Source of the DNA: an uncultured Candidatus Saccharibacteria bacterium
Lineage (GTDB): Bacteria; Patescibacteriota; Minisyncoccia; Phycocordibacterales; CSBR16-119
NCBI GenBank assembly: GCA_964426385.1
Contig: CAYRQF010000002.1
Coordinates: forward strand, 7,037-71,036
DNA length: 64,000 nucleotides
Reading direction: 5' to 3'
The notes under the pieces were generated by a model. It ran no database searches. It worked only from the letters and a program-made list of their open reading frames with translations, and had not been told where the DNA came from. Below, one piece after another: positions 29,671 through 38,258 of this stretch; the first letter of the stretch is position 1; the number at the start of each line of letters is the position of its first letter. The position numbers were made by a program, and so were the translations under genes.

Positions 29671-30327
29671 ATGGAGCATTTTCCTATAAAAGATAAACTT
29701 CATACTGATGTATTGGAGGACAAATACGGTCCCATCCACGCAGATGTTCTATATCACGATAACGAGTTTCGCGAAGCTAGGCTAGTTGACGGTAGAGACA
29801 TATCGAGAACCCACACGCTGACTTTCTTCGAATATGATAAATCTAACGAAGAGATAGCCGATATAAACAAAGAGATTCAGGCCGGTGGACTCATCGGCAA
29901 GGTCTTTCGCGAACATGGGTATACGATCAAGAAGAACGTCATTGGTGTATTTTTCATGACTTTGCCGGAAAGGGTGAAGAAAGATTTTCAAACAGAAGAG
30001 GGTAAAGCCAAAGCCCGCATCTCAGAATTCTATGCAAAGAAGGGCGAGGCAGACCCTGTTATTTATGGAAAAGTACTAGAAATATATAGTCCTGATTTTC
30101 GTGACCCTAAAGAAGGGATAAATCAGGTAGATCTGATACAGATAAATCCAACAGTTGGTTCACTTGTTGAAGATGGATTGTCTTCTGCTGAGATTTGGCA
30201 GAAGCTCGATAACGTTTCACCCGAAGATAGAAATATTTTCAGTGATCATGCTGATGCAGAGAAGAAAAGCGAAGCTATCGTGACCGAGCTTCATGATCGG
30301 ATAGTTGGATATTTTAATAACAGATAG
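29671..30327 (+). CDS. hypothetical protein (218 aa)
   Basis: Long ORF with no recognisable motif. Confidence 0.5.
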   Translation: MEHFPIKDKLHTDVLEDKYGPIHADVLYHDNEFREARLVDGRDISRTHTLTFFEYDKSNEEIADINKEIQAGGLIGKVFREHGYTIKKNVIGVFFMTLPERVKKDFQTEEGKAKARISEFYAKKGEADPVIYGKVLEIYSPDFRDPKEGINQVDLIQINPTVGSLVEDGLSSAEIWQKLDNVSPEDRNIFSDHADAEKKSEAIVTELHDRIVGYFNNR

Positions 30328-30329
30328 TA

Positions 30330-30800
30330 ATGAACAGAGATACCGAGAAAGCATTTGGGTGGATTGTTGGTATTCTAAATAATCACAAGATCTCTTTTCA
30401 AATAGAGGGCGGTTTAGCAGCAAAAGCACACGGCGCCGAGAGAGAGTTGGCTGACATAGATCTAGTTATTCCAGAAGATAATTTTGTAGATATCTTGCCT
30501 GAAGTAAAAGATTTTATTAAATCTGGACCTTTGCAATTAAAAGATAGTCATTGGGATTTGCTGCTTATCACGCTTGAATATGAGGGTCAATTAATTGAAA
30601 TAGCAGGTGTCTATGATCAGAAATATTTTGATAATGTTAATAAAGAATGGATATCTGCGCCGTCTGATTTTTCCAAATCTGAATTAAGAGAAATATTCGG
30701 ACAAATAGTGCCAATTGTACCGAAAGAAAATTTAATAAGATCCAAAGAGAGACTTGGAAGGGATGTAGATATAGAAGATTTAAAATTCTTGAAGGGTTAA
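30330..30800 (+). CDS. nucleotidyltransferase-fold protein resembling aminoglycoside 2''-nucleotidyltransferase ANT(2'')/LinB-type enzymes
   Basis: ISFQIEGGLAAKAHGAERELADIDLVIP carries the hG[GS]..x..DhD pol-beta NTase motif. The C-terminal alpha-helical part has a comparable length. Confidence 0.55.
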   Translation: MNRDTEKAFGWIVGILNNHKISFQIEGGLAAKAHGAERELADIDLVIPEDNFVDILPEVKDFIKSGPLQLKDSHWDLLLITLEYEGQLIEIAGVYDQKYFDNVNKEWISAPSDFSKSELREIFGQIVPIVPKENLIRSKERLGRDVDIEDLKFLKG

Positions 30801-31004
30801 ATTCTGTCAGTATTCGTCTCGACCCTTGGAAAAACACCGTTAAGAAACGAATCGAGTTTGTCTGAAAGTCCGTACTGTCCGAACCAAGCCTAAGCTTGGT
30901 GAGTTTACGGACCTTTCTGGCTAAACTACGCTCGTTTTAGGTGTTTTTACACCGGGTCTAGATCTTTTGTTACTTTTGCATCATGGCAAAAGTAAGGAGA
31001 TATT

Positions 31005-31763
31005 TTAGTCGTTACGCATCGGCGCGTTATTCACTATCTTCACTATCTCATCCTCATCATCTAGTATTTTATATAGTTCCAGGTCACTTTCAGAGATAGT
31101 TCCATTCTCAGCTAGTAGAGTTTGCTTTATGAATTGATCGAGTGGCTCCCAGAATTTCTTGCCAACCAAAACTATCGGAAGTCTAGAGATTTTACCTGTT
31201 TGGACGAGCGTCAATATCTCGAATAGTTCGTCGAGCGTGCCGAATCCGCCAGGGAAGTATAGATATGCCTCGGCTGAATATGCCATCAGGGTCTTGCGTG
31301 TGAAGAAGAAATAGAAAGGGATCTCCTCAGTCACGTATTGGTTCGTAAACTGTTCAGTCGGTAGGTTTATCGTCATGCCGAGGGACGGTTTACCCATCTC
31401 GTATGCTCCTCTATTGCCAGCCTCCATGATACCTGGTCCACCACCAGTCGCTATCATACAGTTGAGTTCACCAGCGAGCCTCCTAGAGAGTCTCAGGGCC
31501 TTTTGATAGTGCTCATTATCGACGGGTAAACGCGCAGAGCCCCAAAATGTTACGGATTTGTTGCCGTCTTTGTTCTTCTTCACGATCTCGAATCCTTGGC
31601 GGAACTCTTCGTTCATGAGGCATATCTGACTTTCGGTGTTGTTGTCGCCGTAGACGTAGATACAGCCACTTTTTATTTCTTCAATAGAAAGTTTCTTTGG
31701 TCGAAATGATTGCTTGATATCCATATATGGGAATATTATATTTCCTAGCGAAGATGTGTGCAA
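31005..31763 (-). CDS. LOG-family (TIGR00730) nucleotide 5'-monophosphate nucleosidase-like protein
   Basis: GGGPGIMEAGNRGA and PGGFGTLDELFE motifs. Confidence 0.85.
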   Translation of the reverse strand: MHTSSLGNIIFPYMDIKQSFRPKKLSIEEIKSGCIYVYGDNNTESQICLMNEEFRQGFEIVKKNKDGNKSVTFWGSARLPVDNEHYQKALRLSRRLAGELNCMIATGGGPGIMEAGNRGAYEMGKPSLGMTINLPTEQFTNQYVTEEIPFYFFFTRKTLMAYSAEAYLYFPGGFGTLDELFEILTLVQTGKISRLPIVLVGKKFWEPLDQFIKQTLLAENGTISESDLELYKILDDEDEIVKIVNNAPMRND

Positions 31764-31868
31764 GGAACAACCTTGAATGACATCTGAGCGAAGGAAATAT
31801 ACGAGCGAGATTTTTTATTCGAGGCTCTTATAGCACGCTTTTTAGAAAGTTTGGAATAAATGAAATAG

Positions 31869-32312
31869 TTAGAACGTCGCGACGGTTTCGTACTCCATCA
31901 CTGGAGGGTTGTAGTCAGGAGACCCTTCTTCGAATTCCTTGTGTCGGACTTCATATACATCACCAGCTTTTACAACTTTGAAATATTCACCGAAGCCGGC
32001 GTAGTAGCACATGATCATTGTACTGTCGTAGACATCGGCATCAGGGTCTGGATAATTCTCGCATCCACCTTGAACTTCACCGACATCTTTTTTCACAACT
32101 GTCCCGTCAGGATATGTGGCGGATAGGCTCACTTTGTTGTATGGGAATTCACCTTTTTCAAATGGTGAGTACTCCCATGCGAATGTCGGGTTACCAGCGG
32201 GCGTCTCTGCGACGGGGGTAGGGGTTTGAGCTTCTTTCGGCTCGGTGTCACGCAACAGGAAATATCCGCCGACGATGATAATTATTACTGCGATTAGGAT
32301 CTTTATGTTCAT
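31869..32312 (-). CDS. hypothetical membrane-anchored/secreted protein
   Basis: N-terminal TM helix or signal (IKILIAVIIIIVGGYFLL). Confidence 0.5.
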   Translation of the reverse strand: MNIKILIAVIIIIVGGYFLLRDTEPKEAQTPTPVAETPAGNPTFAWEYSPFEKGEFPYNKVSLSATYPDGTVVKKDVGEVQGGCENYPDPDADVYDSTMIMCYYAGFGEYFKVVKAGDVYEVRHKEFEEGSPDYNPPVMEYETVATF

Positions 32313-32390
32313 AGTGAGTCAATTATAGCAGAATTACTCGACAGTCAGTAGAGATGTGGTGCAGGTACTAATCCCTATAATCTATCGTTA

Positions 32391-32432
32391 TATAAAAGAG
32401 AAGACCCCCCGCGAGTAGCAGGGGGTCTCTTC
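32391..32432 (-). terminator. hairpin GAGAAGACCCCC..GGGGGTCTCTTC with a T-run on the minus strand
   Basis: 12-bp perfect inverted repeat downstream of the antiporter gene. Confidence 0.45.
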
Positions 32433-32540
32433 ATCTCACTGATAGGCTATTTCCGATTCAAGTAGTCGTCCCCCCGAAGGTGGTAACTAAACTTGCGTCG
32501 ATGAGCTTTCCAGTTGTTGAGGTAGTTGTCGTATACGCGC

Positions 32541-33902
32541 TTAGCTATGCGCCGGCATACGCGAAAGATCAGGTTCTTCATGGGTCTCTTTTTTTGATTC
32601 TTCGGTCAAACCGAGTGTCTTCGCCCACCATGGTGTGATGGCTGGCAGGAGGGTCAGTGTCCAGATCACCACCCACGCCACGAGTGGCATGAGAGTGGTT
32701 AGTTCTGGAAAGGACTTTAGCGTGATGACCGTTAGGACAATCGCGATAACTCCTGTTTCCCTGACACCACAGAGGAACAACGCCTCCTTGATCACTATCT
32801 TCTTGCGCAGAAGTGGCCAGAGGAGCGACACGAAGACCGCTACTGGACGAACGAAGAAGATGAACAGCATCGAAATGGCGAAGCCTGTGAACGCATTCTG
32901 CCATAGGTCACCGACGCTCACGAGTGGTCCCGCCATCATGAAGATGGTGGGTTTTGCCAGCGAGTCGATCTTCGTTTCCATCACCTGTAGCGTCCGGCCG
33001 AATCTGTGGTTGCTGTGATTGTAATTGGCGAGCAACCCAGTAATGAATGCGGCCAGGAAGCCGTTACCACCGAAGAAGGCGGCGAGAACGAACACGAAAA
33101 TAGGGACAGCGAGCACGACACCAAAGTCGTAGCTTGTTTCGTGGTTGTCACTCTTGTGCTTCTCGTACAGGCGCATAATGAACCAGCCGACCAATCCCGC
33201 AATCGCTCCGATAGCGAGTTCTTTGCCGAGGTGTGTCAGGTTATGCGGTTCAGAGATACCCGTTAGCACATTGCCGATCGAGGCGACATCAACTCCACTC
33301 TGGATCATGATGATCACCGCACCGGTAAAGATGGCGCCGACAGCATCGTTAATGGCTGATTCCGCCACACTGATGTCCACCAGCCTCTTGTACTCGGGCT
33401 TGAACCGAACATCTTTCAGTGTGGGTATGAGCGATGCTGGATCAGTTGAGCCGATGATCGCTGCGAGGAGTGCTGCCGTCTTGCCTTCGATACCGATAGC
33501 GAGCGCCAGGAATAGTAGGGCAAAAAATGCCACAATGTAGCCAAGCGTCGCGATCAGGATTGTCGGCAGAGCTATCTTCCCGAAAAGTCTCCGCTCCACT
33601 TCATCACCTCCTGATTTCAGAATGATAGCAGCGAGCACTGAGCAGACGACCACAATGATCATCGTTTGTGATGACAGTGGCGAAAGTGCGTCGTGCAACA
33701 GGATGCTGACACCCAGCTGTAGGGTGAAAGACGGGAAGATCGTACCCTTGGAAACCTCAGAGCATGCCCAGCCGAAGCCGAGAATTAGTGAGAGTATCCA
33801 AAAGGTCTCCATTCCAACGGGCAGTCGCCCTAGTATGAATGGGCTAACCGCATTGACCCCTATCGCGATAGCGATGAGGGCTAGAATCTTCAGGTATTTC
33901 AT
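32541..33902 (-). CDS. cation/proton (Na+/H+) antiporter, CPA1 family
   Basis: About 12 TM helices, a GSTDPA motif and 453 aa. Confidence 0.75.
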   Translation of the reverse strand: MKYLKILALIAIAIGVNAVSPFILGRLPVGMETFWILSLILGFGWACSEVSKGTIFPSFTLQLGVSILLHDALSPLSSQTMIIVVVCSVLAAIILKSGGDEVERRLFGKIALPTILIATLGYIVAFFALLFLALAIGIEGKTAALLAAIIGSTDPASLIPTLKDVRFKPEYKRLVDISVAESAINDAVGAIFTGAVIIMIQSGVDVASIGNVLTGISEPHNLTHLGKELAIGAIAGLVGWFIMRLYEKHKSDNHETSYDFGVVLAVPIFVFVLAAFFGGNGFLAAFITGLLANYNHSNHRFGRTLQVMETKIDSLAKPTIFMMAGPLVSVGDLWQNAFTGFAISMLFIFFVRPVAVFVSLLWPLLRKKIVIKEALFLCGVRETGVIAIVLTVITLKSFPELTTLMPLVAWVVIWTLTLLPAITPWWAKTLGLTEESKKETHEEPDLSRMPAHS

Positions 33903-34090
33903 GAGGTCTGGAGGGGGTTGTAGAGTGGTGTAGACTCAGGGTTTTTGTGTGAAAGAACTGGCCATCTCGCCCTATGTGAATAGGGACTAGACGGATTACT
34001 ATCTTATTGTTTAATGCTAAAAAGTCAACCGGGGGTCAGCCCGGTCTGAAAAGCCCCAGAATGTGCATTTTCTCCAGTGTTAGAAATAGA

Positions 34091-34315
34091 TTATGACCTA
34101 TGCGGGCACCCTGCCCAGCAGCACGGCCGGCGCATGCCGCCAGAAAGCTTTGAGACAGCCTTTTCTATACGTATACCGCGTGTTTCGGCACGTTTTCCAG
34201 ATATGACCCAGCATATCCATTCATTGCGGGCGAGGGGAGTAACCTCCTGCCACACGGCTTGAGCGGGCTTATTTGAGGCAATAGCTTGTTGCAAATCTGA
34301 TGGAAGTTTATGCAT
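34091..34315 (-). CDS. stand-alone YdeI/OmpD-associated (bacteriocin-protection) C-terminal-domain-like protein, possibly a fragment
   Basis: LPSDLQQAIASNKPAQAVWQEVTPLARNEWICWVISGKRAETRGIRIEKAVSKL. It lies in a GC-rich patch. Confidence 0.45.
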   Translation of the reverse strand: MHKLPSDLQQAIASNKPAQAVWQEVTPLARNEWICWVISGKRAETRGIRIEKAVSKLSGGMRRPCCWAGCPHRS

Positions 34316-34322
34316 GCACTTA

Positions 34323-34904
34323 TTATAGGAATTTATCTGGGAATTCGCCTAATAACTCCTTAGCTTTTTCGTATCTACTTCTAAATGCTTCTTGGGCTTC
34401 TGGTAAGACGATTTTCCTATTCCAGTCTTTTTCTATTTTTTCTTTCAGATATTTTTGAGTAGTTACAAAGTCATCGCCATCACCAAAGTAGCTTGGATAA
34501 AATACCCCAACGAAATGGGACGCTCCGTCAGCTGAAGAGATGATTTGGGTTTCTATAGGAGTAGTTCGGATATCAATTTCATTCTTCTTTTCCATTAATT
34601 CCCAGCACCTTAAGACTTTATCAATAAACTCTTGGGAAAAACCGCATTCAGCAAGAGCTTTTGGTCCTTCTCGCAAAGTTGTCTCTTTTTCATTTTTCTC
34701 ATCAATAGGTTTCCCAAAGTCATGGAACCAGACCAAAACCTGAACAATGTCTCTGTCAGCTTCTGGGTAGGCGTCACAAAGTTCCATAGCAATACGTTCA
34801 ACAATTTCAAGATGGTATTTGACCATCCACTCGTGATATTGAAAATCCTTCTTAGAGAAGTTTTCTATTGTAAGGCTCTTAAACTTTGCGATTTTTTCTT
34901 GCAT
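34323..34904 (-). CDS. HD-domain phosphohydrolase
   Basis: H..(x)..HDFGK motif. Confidence 0.7.
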   Translation of the reverse strand: MQEKIAKFKSLTIENFSKKDFQYHEWMVKYHLEIVERIAMELCDAYPEADRDIVQVLVWFHDFGKPIDEKNEKETTLREGPKALAECGFSQEFIDKVLRCWELMEKKNEIDIRTTPIETQIISSADGASHFVGVFYPSYFGDGDDFVTTQKYLKEKIEKDWNRKIVLPEAQEAFRSRYEKAKELLGEFPDKFL

Positions 34905-34961
34905 GAGGATATTTTACCATTTCCTTGATTTTGAGCCGAATTTGGGGCAGAATAGCGACAT

Positions 34962-35032
34962 TGCCGGATCGTCTAATGGTAGGACATATCCCTCTGGAGG
35001 ATAGTATCTTGGTTCGAGTCCAGGTCCGGCAG
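34962..35032 (+). tRNA. tRNA-Gln (anticodon CTG)
   Basis: TGCCGGA TC GTCT AATGGTA GGAC A TATCC CTCTGGA GGATA GTAT CTTGG TTCGAGT CCAGG TCCGGCA G. U1:A72 and G73 are typical of tRNA-Gln. Confidence 0.85.
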
Positions 35033-35071
35033 CAAATTTGAGCAGAGTTCGGAGTACGAAGAGTATCATTT

Positions 35072-35602
35072 ATGCATAAATCACAATACAATATTCCTTA
35101 CGTGGTTGTTACTCAGAACATGATGCAAAACGCTGCGCGTAGTTCTGTGCAGACAATGGAAACCCTATTAAGTAAAAATCGGCTTGACTTAACATCTTGG
35201 CATGTACCATTTTATATTCTTGCTACGACGGCTCTTGAGTTATTTCCTAAAGTAGCACTATCTCGTAATAGACAAAACGGAGAACCAATTCCAGAAATTA
35301 TTAAGGAATTTAAAAGATTAGGGCATAAACTCGATGCGCTCTATTCAAGTGAGGTGGTCGGCGACGATTTTCTATTAAGAGCCGGGATATCTAAGGTTGT
35401 AAAGGTCGTAGATCAAGACCAATTTGTCTATCGTTTTGATTTTTATCAAAATGGATCAAATGTCCCTATTCAGGTCTACGATATGGAATCTCTAAGATAC
35501 GGATTTATGGCGGGAATTAAATCCAACGCAGGGATAATAGCATATCAATTTGATGATCTGCTTAAACTATGTCAGTTAGTCGAAAAAGCCGCAATCAGTT
35601 GA
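35072..35602 (+). CDS. hypothetical protein (176 aa)
   Basis: ORF only. Confidence 0.5.
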   Translation: MHKSQYNIPYVVVTQNMMQNAARSSVQTMETLLSKNRLDLTSWHVPFYILATTALELFPKVALSRNRQNGEPIPEIIKEFKRLGHKLDALYSSEVVGDDFLLRAGISKVVKVVDQDQFVYRFDFYQNGSNVPIQVYDMESLRYGFMAGIKSNAGIIAYQFDDLLKLCQLVEKAAIS

Positions 35603-35637
35603 TTTAAAACGCAATCAAGATGGTAAAATAAAAGCCC

Positions 35638-35973
35638 ATGATCATACATATTTGTTCAACAACGACCTGGAAAGCAGTCAAAGAGCAAGGTTATTACGAA
35701 GCTGACAGCTTAAAATCACAAGGTTTTATTCATTGCTCAAAACCCGAACAGGTAGTTAAAGTTGCTGATTTCAATTTCAAAGGAACTAAAGACCTCATAT
35801 TACTTTTAATTGACGAAGAAAAAGTTAAGCCCGAAATAAAGTACGAGGATGGCGGAAGCGGAGAGTTGTATCCTCACATTTATGGACCGCTGAACATTGA
35901 CGCTGTTATTGGTACTGTAGATTTTCCAACCGAAGCTGATGGAAATTTCAAACTTCCGAAATTGCCTGAATAA
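35638..35973 (+). CDS. DUF952-family protein
   Basis: QGFIHCSKPEQ....LILLLIDEEKV....GELYPHIYGPLNIDAV matches the DUF952 pattern as remembered. Confidence 0.65.
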   Translation: MIIHICSTTTWKAVKEQGYYEADSLKSQGFIHCSKPEQVVKVADFNFKGTKDLILLLIDEEKVKPEIKYEDGGSGELYPHIYGPLNIDAVIGTVDFPTEADGNFKLPKLPE

Positions 35974-36085
35974 TCAATTCCGAAGAGGGTCGAAATGGTA
36001 GAATCAAAGTTACCTGGAGAGCCTTGTGGGGTAAGGTATTAAAAATTACGAGCCCGAACAGGCCAGCAATTTAGAGAATTAAGGA

Positions 36086-36454
36086 ATGATAGCCAATAAA
36101 AAACTCAGCGTAGTCTTCGATAAAACAAGTGGGCACTGCCATTTTTGCGGTGATGCTCTCGTGTTTGATAAATATGGAGTAAAAGACATAAATAATCTAG
36201 AGGGTGCATGGGAGGCAGATCACGTTATCCAAAAAGGTAAGGGTGGGAGCAAGGATATTGAAAATTGTCTACCATCCTGTGTTAGGTGTAATCGTCTAAG
36301 GTGGCACCGCAAAGGTGATGACCTGAGGGAGCTTATTTTCTGTGGGCTTATTGTGAAGGACGAAATAAAAAAAAGAACAGTTCTTGGAAAGAAGATCTCT
36401 GAGCTCAAAGATAAGCGAATTAATCAGAACACTAGTCGTAGGAGAAAGATATAG
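36086..36454 (+). CDS. HNH endonuclease
   Basis: HCHFCG..(x)..EADHVIQKGKGG..N..PSCVRCNRLR forms an HNH/Zn-finger nuclease core. Confidence 0.75.
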   Translation: MIANKKLSVVFDKTSGHCHFCGDALVFDKYGVKDINNLEGAWEADHVIQKGKGGSKDIENCLPSCVRCNRLRWHRKGDDLRELIFCGLIVKDEIKKRTVLGKKISELKDKRINQNTSRRRKI

Positions 36455-36525
36455 TCTGTTTCGCATGTAGTATCCTTGCGAGTAATATATTCGGCCCAAA
36501 ATCAAGGAAATGTTAGAATGGGCGA

Positions 36526-36849
36526 ATGGATAAAGATACTCAAATCAAGGAACTGACCGCCAAGGCCAAGCGAGTTATGGATAATTACAGGATCGATTTT
36601 CCTGATGTGAAGATGGATCGGGACTATATACCGTTCAAGATCACCGAAGAATGGGGCGAATGCCTCCAGGCGTACCTGATGCTAACCGATCGAGGTCGCC
36701 AGAAGGGCAAGAGTAAAGAAGAGATCAAGGAATTACTCTCACAAGAATTCGCCGATGTTTTCGCTTATCTACTACTATTCGCTGATGCCGAAGGTGTCGA
36801 TCTCGCCGAGTCTGTCAAAAAGAAATGGTTCGCGTATTTAAAAGATTAA
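36526..36849 (+). CDS. MazG-like nucleotide pyrophosphohydrolase domain protein
   Basis: EEWGECLQA...EEIKELLSQEFADVFAYLLLFADAEGVDL matches the all-alpha NTP-PPase EExxE/DxxxY pattern. Confidence 0.55.
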   Translation: MDKDTQIKELTAKAKRVMDNYRIDFPDVKMDRDYIPFKITEEWGECLQAYLMLTDRGRQKGKSKEEIKELLSQEFADVFAYLLLFADAEGVDLAESVKKKWFAYLKD

Positions 36850-36858
36850 TAAATATTA

Positions 36859-37254
36859 ATGAGATCAACTGAATGGTATGCCGCACTCGTGAAGCCTGAC
36901 TGGGCTCCGCCGTCATGGCTTTTTGGTCCGGTTTGGACCGTGCTATACGCTATTATCGCCGTAACATTCGGCTCAGTTTTTTATCGAGCTTTCAAGGGCG
37001 AGATTCCGTTCGTCGTTGTTCTGCCATTTATCCTCAATCTTGTTTTCAATATACTCTTCACTCCGATCCAGTTCGGCTTGCGTAACAACCTGCTCGCCGC
37101 TGTCGACATCCTGCTCGTACTCGGAACTCTCGTCTGGGCACTCATCGCTATCTGGCCACACATGCGCTGGGTTGTTTATGCGAACATCCCATATGTACTG
37201 TGGGTCGCGTTCGCCACAGTGCTCCAGTTATCCATAACTTTCATTAATAGATAA
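36859..37254 (+). CDS. TspO/MBR-like tryptophan-rich membrane protein (short)
   Basis: KPDWAPPSWLFGPVWTVLYAIIAV. Confidence 0.5.
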   Translation: MRSTEWYAALVKPDWAPPSWLFGPVWTVLYAIIAVTFGSVFYRAFKGEIPFVVVLPFILNLVFNILFTPIQFGLRNNLLAAVDILLVLGTLVWALIAIWPHMRWVVYANIPYVLWVAFATVLQLSITFINR

Positions 37255-37703
37255 TGAACACTCTCGACACCATCGCACTGTTCGTCATGCTCGCTGGATT
37301 CGTCATCGGTCTCGGCGCTGTGACCGTCATCGACATTCACGGCTTCCTCGGACGTAAGTCTAGCTACTGGACTTTGGCAACGACTCGCACTCACAAAGTC
37401 ACCAAGCCTCTCATATGGATAGGTATGTTCCTCGCCATCGTTGGCGGAGTATTGCTTTACCGACACGAGTCTCTCGTGGGTATACCGCTCATTCACGCCA
37501 TCGTCGCGCTCGTTCTCATCCTAAATGGATTATTCCTGTCTTTCCGCGTCAGTCCGTATCTCCTAGCCAAAGAGAAGTCTGGTCGCGCAGAGGAACTACT
37601 GCCGAAGTCTTGGCAGGATCGCATCATCGTGAGTCTCATCGTCTCAGACATCGGCTGGTGGGGAAGCCTGGCGTTACTCGTCGTTTATATATCGAAGCTC
37701 TAG
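37254..37703 (+). CDS. hypothetical 4-TM membrane protein
   Basis: Hydrophobic segments seen in the ORF. Confidence 0.5.
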   Translation: MNTLDTIALFVMLAGFVIGLGAVTVIDIHGFLGRKSSYWTLATTRTHKVTKPLIWIGMFLAIVGGVLLYRHESLVGIPLIHAIVALVLILNGLFLSFRVSPYLLAKEKSGRAEELLPKSWQDRIIVSLIVSDIGWWGSLALLVVYISKL

Positions 37704-37706
37704 TCT

Positions 37707-38219
37707 ATGGGCAAACCTAGAACAGTCTCTGTAAATAACAAAATGCAGAAAGGGTACAAGTACGAACTCACAGAACCCGTGGGTCGTAACTTCGATCCCG
37801 AGTTTCGACCTGACCTAACTCCCGCCGAGATGCTTCACCTCGGAGTCTTCGGCGGAGTGTACATGCGTGACTGCGGGAGCGAGTATCCGAAGAGTTGGTT
37901 TAGCGGAGCGAAGTTCGCCAAAGGCGCTCGTGATGCGGATATTAACTATTTCAAAGTGAATGCTAGTCAGCCACTCTCAGTCTGGCGAGCCAAAGGTTGG
38001 ATCAGGGAGATGGATCCTCGGGGATGGTTCGAATGGTACTGTCGTTACTACATAGGTAGACGTATTCCAGCCGAGGACACTCGCCAGATCAAGCGCTGGA
38101 AGGCTATGCGTCGTCATCTCGGGCAGATAGTCGGGAACTGTCGGGCAGGGGACACTAGTTGCAGACCTCGTCAGCGTCAGGCACTCCTACATTGGGCATA
38201 CGATACACGCAGGGTCTAG
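37707..38219 (+). CDS. conserved hypothetical protein (Trp/Arg-rich; WFEWYCRYYIGRR)
   Basis: ORF in a GC-richer segment. No family could be assigned by eye. Confidence 0.5.
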   Translation: MGKPRTVSVNNKMQKGYKYELTEPVGRNFDPEFRPDLTPAEMLHLGVFGGVYMRDCGSEYPKSWFSGAKFAKGARDADINYFKVNASQPLSVWRAKGWIREMDPRGWFEWYCRYYIGRRIPAEDTRQIKRWKAMRRHLGQIVGNCRAGDTSCRPRQRQALLHWAYDTRRV

Positions 38220-38258
38220 ACGTTCAAAACTCACCTCAAAAATGGTAAAATATGGTCT

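Noticed and set aside
34879-35091. Minus-strand 70-aa ORF
   Set aside because: It is fully overlapped by a well-folding tRNA-Gln(CUG) on the + strand.
35072-35602. 176-aa protein considered as a HEPN domain protein because of KRLGHKL
   Set aside because: The spacing is R-x2-H, not R-x4-6-H, and there is no other support. It is left as hypothetical.
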